Assembly: GCA_964016885.1 (NCBI GenBank)
Contig: OZ024740.1
Coordinates: 110,050,001-110,114,000 of the forward strand
Length of the DNA: 64,000 nt
From: Eledone cirrhosa
Taxonomy: Eukaryota
Reading direction: 5' to 3'
Of the stretch, positions 15,001 through 30,000 are shown in pieces. The translations under genes and the position numbers were made by a program. Position 1 is the stretch's first letter, and each line of letters starts with the position of its first letter. The notes beneath the pieces were generated by a model that saw only the letters and a list, made by a program, of their open reading frames with translations, ran no database searches and had not been told where the DNA came from.

Positions 15001-18000
15001 TGTATTCTATTGGGGCACCACCACTACCACTTTACACTGTGAGCTGTATGTATTCTATTGTGGCACCAGTACTACCACTTTACAGTGTGAGATGAGTGTA
15101 TTCTATTGTGGCACCACCAGCACCACTTTACAGTGTGAGATGAGTGTATTCTATTGTGGCATCACCACTACCACTTTACAGTGTGAGATGAGTGTATTCC
15201 ATTGTGGCACCACCACTACCACTTTAGAGTGTGAGATGAGTGTATTCTATTGTGGTACCAGTACTACCACTTTACAGTGTAAGATGAGTGTATTCTATTG
15301 TGTCACCACCACTACCACTTTACAGTGTGAGATGAGTGTATTCTATTGTGTCACCACCACTACCACTTTACAGTGTGAGATGAGTGTATTCTATTGTGGC
15401 ACCAGTACTACCACTTTACAGTGTGAGCTGTATGTATTCCATTGTGGCACCAGCAGTACCACTTTACAGTGTGAGATGAGTGTATTCTATTGTGGCACCA
15501 GCACTAACACTTTACAGTGTGAGATGTATGTATTCCATTGTGACACCACCACTACCACTTTACAGTGTGAGATGAGTGTATTCTATTGTGGCATCACAAC
15601 TACCACTTTACAGTGTGAGATGAGTGTATTCTATTGTGGAACCACCACTTCCACTTTACAGTGTGAGATGAGTGTATTCTATTGTGGCACCACCACTACC
15701 ACTTTACAGTGTGAGATGAGTGTAATCTATTGTGGCACCAGTACTACCACTTTACAGTGTGAGATGAGTGTATTCTATTGTGGCACCAGCACCACCACTT
15801 TACAGTGTGAGATGAGTGTATTCTATTGTGACACCACCACTACCCCTTTACAGTGTGAGATGAGTGTATTCTATTGTGGCACCACCACTTCCACTTTACA
15901 GTGTGAGATGAGTGTATTCTATTGTGGAACCACCACTTCCACTTTACAGTGTGAGATGAGTGTATTCTATTGTGGAACCACCACTACCACTTTACAGTGT
16001 GAGATGAGTGTATTCCATTGTGGCACCAGTACTACCACTTTACAGTGTGATATGAGTGTATTCTATTGTGGGACCACCACCACCACCACTTTACAGTGTG
16101 AGATGAGTGTATTATATTGTGACACCTGTACTACCACTTTACAGTGTGAGATGAGTGTATTCTATTGTGTCACCAGCACTACCATTTTACAGTGTGAGAT
16201 GAGTGTATTCTATTGTGGCACCAGTACTACCACTTTACAGTGTGAGCTGTATGTATTCTATTGTGGCACCAGTACTACCACTTTACAGTGTGAGATGAGT
16301 GTATTCTATTGTGGCACCAGTACTACCACTTTACAGTGTGAGATGAGTGTATTCTATTGTGGCACCAGTACTACCACTTTACAGTGTGAGCTGTATGTAT
16401 TCTATTGTGGCACCAGTACTACGACTTTACAGTGTGAGATGAGTGTATTCTATTGTGGCACCAGTACTACCACTTTACAGTGTGAGATAAGTGTATTCTA
16501 TTGTGTCACCAGCACTACCATTTTACAGTGTGAGATGAGTGTATTCTATTGTGGCACCAGTACTACCACTTTACAGTGTGAGCTGTATGTATTCTATTGT
16601 GGCACCAGTACTACGACTTTACAGTGTGAGATGAGTGTATTCTATTGTGGCACCAGTACTACCACTTTACAGTGTGAGATGAGTGTATTCTATTGTGGCA
16701 CCAGTACTACCACTTTACAGTGTGAGCTGTATGTATTCTATTGTGGCACCAGTACTACGACTTTACAGTGTGAGATGAGTGTATTCTATTGTGGCACCAG
16801 TACTACCACTTTACAGTGTGAGATGAGTGTATTCTATTGTGTCACCAGCACTACCATTTTACAGTGTGAGATGAGTGTATTCTATTGTGGCACCAGTACT
16901 ACCACTTTACAGTGTGAGCTGTATGTATTCTATTGTGGCACCAGTACTACGACTTTACAGTGTGAGATGAGTGTATTCTATTGTGGCACCAGTACTACCA
17001 CTTTACAGTGTGAGATGAGTGTATTCTATTGTGGCACCAGTACTACCACTTTACAGTGTGAGATGAGTGTATTCTATTGTGGCACCAGTACTACCACTTT
17101 ACAGTGTGAGATGAGTGTATTCTATTGTGGCACCAGCACTACCACTTTACAGTGTGAGATGAGTGTATTCTATTGTGGGACCACCACTACCACTTTACAG
17201 TGTGAGATGAGTGTATTCTATTGTGGCACCAGTACTACCACGTTACAGTGTGAGATGAGTGTATTCTATTGTGGCACCACCACTACCACTTTACAGTGTA
17301 AGATGAGTGTATTCTATTGTGGCACCACCACTACCACTTTACAGTGTGAAATGAGTGTATTCTATTGTGGCACCACCACGACCACTTTACAGTGTGAGAT
17401 GAGTGTATTCTATTGTGGCACCACCACGACCACTTTACAGTGTGAGATGAGTGTATTCTATTGTGGCACCATCACCACCACTTTACAGTGTGAGATGAGT
17501 GTATTCTATTGTGGCACCACCACGACCACTTTACAGTGTGAGATGAGTGTATTCTATTGTGACACCATCACCACCACTTTACAGTGTAAGATGAGTGTAT
17601 TCTATTGTGGCACCACCACTACCACTTTACAGTGCAAGATTAGTGTATTCTATTGTGGCACCAGTACTACCACTTTACAGTGTAAGATGAGTGTATTCTA
17701 TTGTGGCACCACCACTACCACTTTACAGTGTAAGATGAGTGTATTCTATTGTGGCACCACCACTACCACTTTACAGTGTAAGATGAGTGTATTCTATTGT
17801 GGCACCACCACTACCACTTTACAGTGTGAGATGAGTGTATTCTATTGTGCCACCACCACTACCACTTTACAGTGTGAGATGTATGTATTCTATTGTGACA
17901 CCACCACTACCACTTTACAGTGTGAGATGAGTGTATTCTATTGTGCCACCACCACTACCACTTTACAGTGTGAGCTGTATGTATTCTATTGTGGCACCAC

Positions 18001-21000
18001 CACTACCACTTTACAGTGTGAAATGAGTGTATTCTATTGTGGCAACACCACGACAACTTTACAGTGTGAAATGAGTGTATTCTATTGTGGCACCATCACG
18101 ATCACTTTACAGTGTGAGATGAGTGTATTCTATTGTGGCACCACCACTACCACTTTACAGTGTATTCTATTGTGGCACCAGTACTACCACGTTACAGTGT
18201 GAGATGAGTGTATTCTATTGTGGCACCACCACTACCACTTTACAGTGTGAGATGAGTGTATTCTATTGTGGGACCAGTACTACCACGTTACAGTGTGAGA
18301 TGAGTGTATTATATTGTGGCACCACCACTACCACTTTACAGTGTGAGATGTATGTATTCTATTGTGGCACCACCACTACCACTTTACAGTGTGAGATGAG
18401 TGTATTCTATTGTGGCACCACCACTACCACTTTACAGTGTGAGATGAGTGTATTCTATTGTGGCACCAGTACTACCACGTTACAGTGTGAGATGAGTGTA
18501 TTCTATTGGGGCACCACCACTACCACTTTACAGTGTGAGATGAGTGTATTCTATTGGGGCACCACCACTACCACTTTACAGTGTGAGATGAGTGTATTCT
18601 ATTGTGGCACCACCACTACCACTTTACACTGTGAGCTGTATGTATTCTATTGTGACACCAGTACTACCACTTTACAGTGTGAGATGAGTGTATTCTATTG
18701 TGGCACCACCAGCACCACTTTACAGTGTGAGATGAGTGTATTCTATTGTGGCATCACCACTACCACTTTACAGTGTGAGATGAGTGTATTCCATTGTGGC
18801 ACCACCACTACCACTTTAGAGTGTGAGATGAGTGTATTCTATTGTGGTACCAGTACTACCACTTTACAGTGTAAGATGAGTGTATTCTATTGTGTCACCA
18901 CCACTACCACTTTACAGTGTGAGATGAGTGTATTCTATTGTGTCACCACCACTACCACTTTACAGTGTGAGATGAGTGTATTCTATTGTGGCACCAGTAC
19001 TACCACTTTACAGTGTGAGCTGTATGTATTCCATTGTGGCACCAGCAGTACCACTTTACAGTGTGAGATGAGTGTATTCTATTGTGGCACCAGCACTAAC
19101 ACTTTACAGTGTGAGATGTATGTATTCCATTGTGACACCACCACTACCACTTTACAGTGTGAGATGAGTGTATTCTATTGTGGCATCACAACTACCACTT
19201 TACAGTGTGAGATGAGTGTATTCTATTGTGGAACCACCACTTCCACTTTACAGTGTGAGATGAGTGTATTCTATTGTGGCACCACCACTACCACTTTACA
19301 GTGTGAGATGAGTGTAATCTATTGTGGCACCAGTACTACCACTTTACAGTGTGAGATGAGTGTATTCTATTGTGGCACCAGCACCACCACTTTACAGTGT
19401 GAGATGAGTGTATTCTATTGTGACACCACCACTACCCCTTTACAGTGTGAGATGAGTGTATTCTATTGTGGCACCACCACTTCCACTTTACAGTGTGAGA
19501 TGAGTGTATTCTATTGTGGAACCACCACTTCCACTTTACAGTGTGAGATGAGTGTATTCTATTGTGGAACCACCACTACCACTTTACAGTGTGAGATGAG
19601 TGTATTCCATTGTGGCACCAGTACTACCACTTTACAGTGTGATATGAGTGTATTCTATTGTGGGACCACCACCACCACCACTTTACAGTGTGAGATGAGT
19701 GTATTATATTGTGACACCTGTACTACCACTTTACAGTGTGAGATGAGTGTATTCTATTGTGTCACCAGCACTACCATTTTACAGTGTGAGATGAGTGTAT
19801 TCTATTGTGGCACCAGTACTACCACTTTACAGTGTGAGCTGTATGTATTCTATTGTGGCAACAGTACTACCACTTTACAGTGTGAGATGAGTGTATTCTA
19901 TTGTGGCACCAGTACTACCACTTTACAGTGTGAGATGAGTGTATTCTATTGGGGCACCAGTACTACCACTTTACAGTGTGAGCTGTATGTATTCTATTGT
20001 GGCACCAGTACTACGACTTTACAGTGTGAGATGAGTGTATTCTATTGTGGCACCAGTACTACCACTTTACAGTGTGAGATGAGTGTATTCTATTGTGTCA
20101 CCAGCACTACCATTTTACAGTGTGAGATGAGTGTATTCTATTGTGGCACCAGTACTACCACTTTACAGTGTGAGCTGTATGTATTCTATTGTGGCACCAG
20201 TACTACGACTTTACAGTGTGAGATGAGTGTATTCTATTGTGGCACCAGTACTACCACTTTACAGTGTGAGATGAGTGTATTCTATTGTGGCACCAGTACT
20301 ACCACTTTACAGTGTGAGCTGTATGTATTCTATTGTGGCACCAGTACTACGACTTTACAGTGTGAGATGAGTGTATTCTATTGTGGCACCAGTACTACCA
20401 CTTTACAGTGTGAGATGAGTGTATTCTATTGTGTCACCAGCACTACCATTTTACAGTGTGAGATGAGTGTATTCTATTGTGGCACCAGTACTACCACTTT
20501 ACAGTGTGAGCTGTATGTATTCTATTGTGGCACCAGTACTACGACTTTACAGTGTGAGATGAGTGTATTCTATTGTGGCACCAGTACTACCACTTTACAG
20601 TGTGAGATGAGTGTATTCTATTGTGGCACCAGTACTACCACTTTACAGTGTGAGATGAGTGTATTCTATTGTGGCACCAGTACTACCACTTTACAGTGTG
20701 AGATGAGTGTATTCTATTGTGGCACCAGCACTACCACTTTACAGTGTGAGATGAGTGTATTCTATTGTGGGACCACCACTACCACTTTACAGTGTGAGAT
20801 GAGTGTATTCTATTGTGGCACCAGTACTACCACGTTACAGTGTGAGATGAGTGTATTCTATTGTGGCACCACCACTACCACTTTACAGTGTAAGATGAGT
20901 GTATTCTATTGTGGCACCACCACTACCACTTTACAGTGTGAAATGAGTGTATTCTATTGTGGCACCACCACGACCACTTTACAGTGTGAGATGAGTGTAT

Positions 21001-24000
21001 TCTATTGTGGCACCACCACGACCACTTTACAGTGTGAGATGAGTGTATTCTATTGTGGCACCATCACCACCACTTTACAGTGTGAGATGAGTGTATTCTA
21101 TTGTGGCACCACCACGACCACTTTACAGTGTGAGATGAGTGTATTCTATTGTGGCACCATCACCACCACTTTACAGTGTAAGATGAGTGTATTCTATTGT
21201 GGCACCACCACTACCACTTTACAGTGCAAGATTAGTGTATTCTATTGTGGCACCAGTACTACCACTTTACAGTGTAAGATGAGTGTATTCTATTGTGGCA
21301 CCACCACTACCACTTTACAGTGTAAGATGAGTGTATTCTATTGTGGCACCACCACTACCACTTTACAGTGTAAGATGAGTGTATTCTATTGTGGCACCAC
21401 CACTACCACTTTACAGTGTGAGATGAGTGTATTCTATTGTGCCACCACCACTACCACTTTACAGTGTGAGATGTATGTATTCTATTGTGACACCACCACT
21501 ACCACTTTACAGTGTGAGATGAGTGTATTCTATTGTGCCACCACCACTACCACTTTACAGTGTGAGCTGTATGTATTCTATTGTGGCACCACCACTACCA
21601 CTTTACAGTGTGAAATGAGTGTATTCTATTGTGGCACCACCACGACAACTTTACAGTGTGAAATGAGTGTATTCTATTGTGGCACCATCACGATCACTTT
21701 ACAGTGTGAGATGAGTGTATTCTATTGTGGCACCACCACTACCACTTTACAGTGTATTCTATTGTGGCACCAGTACTACCACGTTACCGTGTGAGATGAG
21801 TGTATTCTATTGTGGCACCACCACTACCACTTTACAGTGTGAGATGAGTGTATTCTATTGTGGGACCAGTACTACCACGTTACAGTGTGAGATGAGTGTA
21901 TTATATTGTGGCACCACCACTACCACTTTACAGTGTGAGATGTATGTATTCTATTGTGGCACCACCACTACCACTTTACAGTGTGAGATGAGTGTATTCT
22001 ATTGTGGCATCACAACTATCACTTTAGAGTGTGAGATGAGTGTATTCTATTGTGGAACCAGCACTAACACTTTACAGTGTGAGATGAGTGCATTCTATTG
22101 TGGAACCACCACCACCACTTTACAGTGTGAGATGAGTGTATTCTATTGTGGCACCAGTACTACCACTTTACAGTGTAAGATGAGTGTATTCTATTGTGGC
22201 ACCAGTACTACCACTTTACAGTGTGAGATGAGTGTATTCTATTGTGGCACCAGTACTACCACTTTACAGTGTGAGCTGTATGTATTCTATTGTGGCACCA
22301 GTACTACCACTTTACAGCGTGAGATGAGTGTATTCTATTGTGGAACCACCACTACCACTTTACAGTGTGAGATGAGTGTATTCTATTGTGGCACCAGCAC
22401 CACCACTTTACAGTGTGAGATGATTGTATTCTATTGTGGCACCAGCACTTTACAGTGTGAGATGAGTGTATTCTATTGTGGCACCAGTACTACCACTTTA
22501 CAGTGTGAGATGAGTGTATTCTATTGTGGCACCACCACTACCACTTTACAGTGTGAGATGAGTGTATTCTATTGTGACACCACCAGCACCACTTTACAGT
22601 GTGAGCTGTATGTATTCTATTGTGGCACCAGTACTACCACTTTAAAGTATGGGATGAGTGTATTCTATTGTGACACCACCACTACCACTTTACAGTGTGA
22701 GATGAGTGTATTCTATTGTGCCACCACCACTACCACTTTAGAGTGTGAGATGAGTGTATTCTATTGTGGTACCAGTACTAACACTTTACAGTGTGAGATG
22801 AGTGTATTCTATTGTGGCACCAGTATTACCACTTTACAGTGTGAGCTGTATGTATTCCATTGTGGCACCAGCAGTACCACTTTACAGTGTGAGATGAGTG
22901 TATTCTATTGTGGAACCACCACCACCACTTTACAGTGTGAGATGAGTGTATTCTATTGTGGCACCACCACTACCACTTTACAGTGTGAGATGAGTGTATT
23001 CTATTGTGGCACCACCACTACCCCTTTACAGTGTGAGATGAGTGTATTCTATTGTGGCACCACCACTACCACTTTACAGTCTGAGATGAGTGTATTCCAT
23101 TGTGGCACCACCACTTCCACTTTACAGTGTGAGATGAGTGTATTCTATTGTGGAACCACCACTACCACTTTACAGTGTGAGATGAGTGTATTCTATTGTG
23201 GCACCAGTACTACCACTTTACAGTGTGATATGAGTGTATTCTATTGTGGGACCATAACTACCACTTTACAGTGTGAGATGAGTGTATTATATTGTGACAC
23301 CTGTACTACCACTTTACAGTGTGATATGAGTGTATTCTATTGTGCCACCACCACTACCACTTTACAGTGTGAGATGAGTGTATTCTATTGTGTCACCAGC
23401 ACTACCATTTTACAGTGTGAGATGAGTGTATTCTATTGTGGCACCAGTACTACCACTTTACAGTGTGAGCTGTATGTATTCTATTGTGGCACCAGTACTA
23501 CCACTTTACAGTGTGAGATGAGTGTATTCTATTGTGGCACCAGTACTATCACTTTACAGTGTGAGATGAGTGTATTCTATTGTGGCACCAGTACTATCAC
23601 TTTACAGTGTGAGATGAGTGTATTCTATTGTGGCACCAGTACTACCACTTTACAGTGTGAGATGAGTGTATTCTATTGTGGCACCACCACCACCACTTTA
23701 CAGTGTGAGATGAGTGTATTCTATTGTGGCACCAGTACTACCACTTTACAGTGTAAGATGAGTGTATTCTATTGTGGCCCCACCACTACCACTTTACAGT
23801 GTGAGATGAGTGTATTCTATTGTGACACCACCACTACCACTTTACAGTGTGAGATGAGTGTATTCTATTGTGGCATCACAACTACCACTTTAGAGTGTGA
23901 GATGAGTGTATTCTATTGTGGCACCAGTACTACCACTTTACAGTGTAAGATGAGTGTATTCTATTGTGGCCCCACCACTACCACTTTACAGTGTGAGATG

Positions 24001-27000
24001 AGTGTATTCTATTGTGACACCACCACTACCACTTTACAGTGTGAGATGAGTGTATTCTATTGTGGCATCACAACTACCACTTTAGAGTGTGAGATGAGTG
24101 TATTCTATTGTGGCACCAGCACTAACACTTTACAGTGTGAGCTGTATGTATTCCATTGTGGCACCAGCAGTACCACTTTACAGTGTGAGATGAGTGTATT
24201 CTATTGTGGCACCAGCACTAACACTTTACAGTGTGAGCTGTATGTATTCCATTGTGGCACCACCACCACCACTTTACAGTGTGAGATGAGTGTATTCTAT
24301 TGTGGCACCACCACTACCCCTTTACAGTGTGAGATGAGTGTATTCTATTGTGGCACCACCACTTCCACTTTACAGTGTGAGATGAGTGTATTCTATTGTG
24401 GAACCACCACCACCACTTTACAGTGTAAGATGAGTGTATTCTATTGTGGCACCAGTACTACCACTTTACAGTGTGATATGAGTGTATTCTATTGTGGGAC
24501 CACCACCACCACTTTACAGTGTGAGATGAGTGTATTCTATTGTGGCACCAGTACTACCACTTTACAGTGTGATATGAGTGTATTCTATTGTGGGACCACC
24601 ACCACCACTTTACAGTGTGAGATGAGTGTATTATATTGTGACACCTGTACTACCACTTTACAGTGTGAGATGAGTGTATTCTATTGTGTCACCAGCACTA
24701 CCATTTTACAGTGTGAGATGAGTGTATTCTATTGTGGCACCAGTACTACCACTTTACAGTGTGAGCTGTATGTATTCTATTGTGGCACCAGTACTACCAC
24801 TTTACAGTGTGAGATGAGTGTATTCTATTGTGGCACCAGTACTACCACTTTATAGTGTAAGATGAGTGTATTCTATTGTGGCCCCACCACTACCACTTTA
24901 CAGTGTGAGATGAGTGTATTCTATTGTGACACCACCACTACCACTTTACAGTGTGAGATGAGTGTATTCTATTGTGGCATCACAACTACCACTTTAGAGT
25001 GTGAGATGAGTGTATTCTATTGTGGCACCAGTACTACCACTTTACAGTGTAAGATGAGTGTATTCTATTGTGGCCCCACCACTACCACTTTACAGTGTGA
25101 GATGAGTGTATTCTATTGTGACACCACCACTACCACTTTACAGTGTGAGATGAGTGTATTCTATTGTGGCATCACAACTACCACTTTAGAGTGTGAGATG
25201 AGTGTATTCTATTGTGGCACCAGCACTAACACTTTACAGTGTGAGCTGTATGTATTCCATTGTGGCACCAGCAGTACCACTTTACAGTGTGAGATGAGTG
25301 TATTCTATTGTGGCACCAGCACTAACACTTTACAGTGTGAGCTGTATGTATTCCATTGTGGCACCACCACCACCACTTTACAGTGTGAGATGAGTGTATT
25401 CTATTGTGGCACCACCACTACCCCTTTACAGTGTGAGATGAGTGTATTCTATTGTGGCACCACCACTTCCACTTTACAGTGTGAGATGAGTGTATTCTAT
25501 TGTGGAACCACCACCACCACTTTACAGTGTAAGATGAGTGTATTCTATTGTGGCACCAGTACTACCACTTTACAGTGTGATATGAGTGTATTCTATTGTG
25601 GGACCACCACCACCACTTTACAGTGTGAGATGAGTGTATTCTATTGTGGCACCAGTACTACCACTTTACAGTGTGATATGAGTGTATTCTATTGTGGGAC
25701 CACCACCACCACTTTACAGTGTGAGATGAGTGTATTATATTGTGACACCTGTACTACCACTTTACAGTGTGAGATGAGTGTATTCTATTGTGTCACCAGC
25801 ACTACCATTTTACAGTGTGAGATGAGTGTATTCTATTGTGGCACCAGTACTACCACTTTACAGTGTGAGCTGTATGTATTCTATTGTGGCACCAGTACTA
25901 CCACTTTACAGTGTGAGATGAGTGTATTCTATTGTGGCACCAGTACTACCACTTTACAGTGTGAGATGAGTGTATTCTATTGTGGCACCAGTACTACCAC
26001 GTTACAGTGTGAGATGAGTGTATTCTATTGTGGCACCACCACTACCACTTTACAGTGTGAGATGAGTGTATTCTATTGTGGCACCAGCAGCACCACTTTA
26101 CAGTGTGAGCTGAGTGTATTCTATTGTGGGACCAGCACGACCACTTTACAGTGTGAGATGAGTGTATTCTATTGTGGCACCACCACTACCACTTTACAGT
26201 GTGAGATGAGTGTATTCTATTGTGGCACCAGTACTACCACTTTACAGTGTGAGATGAGTGTATTCTATTGTGGCATCAGTTCTACCACTTTACAGTGTGA
26301 GATGAGTGTATTCTATTGTGGCACCAGTACTACTACTTTACAGTGTGAGATGAGTGTATTCTATTGTGGCACCAGCAGCACCACTTTACAGTGTGAGCTG
26401 AGTGTTTTCTATTGTGGGACCAGCACCACCACTTTACAATGTGAGATGAGTGTATTCTATTGTGGCACCAGCACTACCACTTTACAGTGTGAGATGAGTG
26501 TATTCTATTGTGGCACCAGTACTACCACTTTACAGTGTAAGATGAGTGTATTCTATTGTGGCACCACCACCACCACTTTACAGTGTGAGATGAGTGTATT
26601 CTATTGTGGGACCAGTACTACCATTTTACAGTGTGAGATGAGTGTATTCTATTGTGGCACCAGCACTACCACTTTACAGTGTGAGATGAGTGTATTCTAT
26701 TGTGGCACCAGTACTACCACTTTACAGTGTGAGCTGTATGTATTCTATTGTGGCACCAGTACTACCATTTTACAGTGTGAGATGAGTGTATTCTATTGTG
26801 GCACCAGCACTACCACTTTACAGTGTGAGATGAGTGTATTCTATTGTGGCACCAGTACTACCACTTTACAGTGTGAGCTGTATGTATTCTATTGTGGCAC
26901 CAGTACTACCATTTTACAGTGTGAGATGAGTGTATTCTATTGTGGCACCAGCACTACCACTTTACAGTGTGAGATGAGTGTATTCTATTGTGGCACCAGC

Positions 27001-30000
27001 ACTTTACAGTGTGAGATGAGTGTATTCTATTGTGGCACCAGTACTACCACTTTACAGTGTGAGATGAGTGTATTCTATTGTGGAACCAGCACTACCACTT
27101 TACAGTGTGAGATGAGTGTATTCTATTGTGGCACCACCACTACCACTTTACAGTGTGAGATGAGTGTATTCTATTGTGGCACCACCACTACCCCTTTACA
27201 GTGTGAGATGAGTGTATTCTATTGTGGCACCAGCACTTTACAGTGTGAGATGAGTGTATTCTATTGTGGCACCAGCACTTTACAGTGTGAGATGAGTGTA
27301 TTCTATTGTGGCACCAGCACTACCACTTTACAGTGTGAGATGAGTGTATTCTATTGTGGCACCAGCACTACCACTTTACAGTGTGAGATGAGTGTATTCT
27401 ATTGTGGCACCAGCACCACCACTTTACAGTGTGAGATGAGTGTATTCTATTGTGCCACCACCACTACCACTTTACAGTGTGAGATGAGTGTATACTATTG
27501 TGGCACCAGCACCACCACTTTACAGTGTGAGATGAGTGTATTCTATTGTTCCACCACCACTACCACTTTACAGTGTGAGATGAGTGTATTCTATTGTGGC
27601 ACCAGCACTACCACTTTACAGTGTGAGATGAGTGTATTCTATTGTGCCACCACCACTACCACTTTACAGTGTGAGATGAGTGTATTCTATTGTGGCACCA
27701 GCACTACCACTTTACAGTGTGAGATGAGTGTATTCTATTGTGGCACCACCACCACCACTTTACAGTGTGAGATGAGTGTATTCTATTGTGGCACCAGTAC
27801 TACCACTTTACAGTGTAAGATGAGTGTATTCTATTGTGGCACCACCACCACCACTTTACAGTGTGAGATGAGTGTATTCTATTGTGGGACCAGTACTACC
27901 ATTTTACAGTGTGAGATGAGTGTATTCTATTGTGGCACCAGCACTACCACTTTACAGTGTGAGATGAGTGTATTCTATTGTGGCACCAGTACTACCACTT
28001 TACAGTGTGAGATGAGTGTATTCTATTGTGGCACCAGTACTACCACTTTACAGTGTGAGATGAGTGTATTCTATTGTGGCACCAGTACTACCACTTTACA
28101 GTGTGAGCTGTATGTATTCTATTGTGGCACCAGTACTACCATTTTACAGTGTGAGATGAGTGTATTCTATTGTGGCACCAGCACTACCACTTTACAGTGT
28201 GAGATGAGTGTATTCTATTGTGGCACCAGTACTACCACTTTACAGTGTGAGCTGTATGTATTCTATTGTGGCACCAGTACTACCATTTTACAGTGTGAGA
28301 TGAGTGTATTCTATTGTGGCACCAGCACTACCACTTTACAGTGTGAGATGAGTGTATTCTATTGTGGCACCAGCACTTTACAGTGTGAGATGAGTGTATT
28401 CTATTGTGGCACCAGTACTACCACTTTACAGTGTGAGATGAGTGTATTCTATTGTGGCACCAGCACTACCACTTTACAGTGTGAGATGAGTGTATTCTAT
28501 TGTGGCACCACCACTACCACTTTACAGTGTGAGATGAGTGTATTCTATTGTGGCACCACCACTACCCCTTTACAGTGTGAGATGAGTGTATTCTATTGTG
28601 GCACCAGCACTTTACAGTGTGAGATGAGTGTATTCTATTGTGGCACCAGCACTTTACAGTGTGAGATGAGTGTATTCTATTGTGGCACCAGCACTACCAC
28701 TTTACAGTGTGAGATGAGTGTATTCTATTGTGGCACCAGCACTACCACTTTACAGTGTGAGATGAGTGTATTCTATTGTGGCACCAGCACCACCACTTTA
28801 CAGTGTGAGATGAGTGTATTCTATTGTGCCACCACCACTACCACTTTACAGTGTGAGATGAGTGGATTCTATTGTGGCACCAGCACCACCACTTTACAGT
28901 GTGAGATGAGTGTATTCTATTGTGCCACCACCACTACCACTTTACAGTGTGAGATGAGTGTATTCTATTGTGGCACCAGCACTACCACTTTACAGTGTGA
29001 GATGAGTGTATTCTATTGTGCCACCACCACTACCACTTTACAGTGTGAGATGAGCGTATTCTATTGTCGCACCAGCACTACCACCTTACAGTGTGAGATG
29101 AGTGTATTCTATTGTGGCACCACCACTACCACTTTACAGTGTGAGATGAGTGTATTCTATTGTGGCACCACCACTACCACTTTACAGTGTGAGATGAGTG
29201 TATTCTATTGTGGCACCAGCACTACCACTTTACAGTGTGAGATGAGTGTATTCTATTGTGGCACCACCACTACCCCTTTACAGTGTGAGATGAGTGTATT
29301 CTATTGTGGAACCACCACCACCACTTTACAGTGTGAGATGAGTGTATTCTATTGTGGCACCACCACTACCACTTTACAGTGTGAGATGAGTGTATTCTAT
29401 TGTGGAACCACCACTACCACTTTACAGTGTGAGATGAGTGTATTCTATTGTGGCACCAGTACTACCACTTTACAGTGTAATATGAGTGTATTCTATTGTG
29501 GCACCACCACCACCACTTTACAGTGTGAGATGAGTGTATTCTATTGTGGCACCAGTACTACCATTTTACAGTGTGAGATGAGTGTATTCTATTGTGGCAC
29601 CAGCACCACCAGTTTACAGTGTGAGATGAGTGTATTCTATTGTGGCACCAGCACCACCAGTTTACAGTGTGAGATGAGTGTATTCTATTGTGGCACCAGC
29701 ACCACCAGTTTACAGTGTGAGATGAGTGTATTCCATTGTGGCACCAGTACTACCACTTTACAGTGTGAGCTGTATGTATTCTATTGTGGCACCAGTACTA
29801 CCACTTTACAGTGTGAGATGAGTGTATTCTATCGTGGAACCACCACCACCACTTTACAGTGTGAGATGAGTGTATTCTATTGTGGCACCAGCACTACCAC
29901 TTTACAGTGTGAGATGAGTGTATTCTATTGTGGAACCAGCACTACCACTTTACAGTGTGAGATGAGTGTATTCTATTGTGGCACCACCACTACCACTTTA

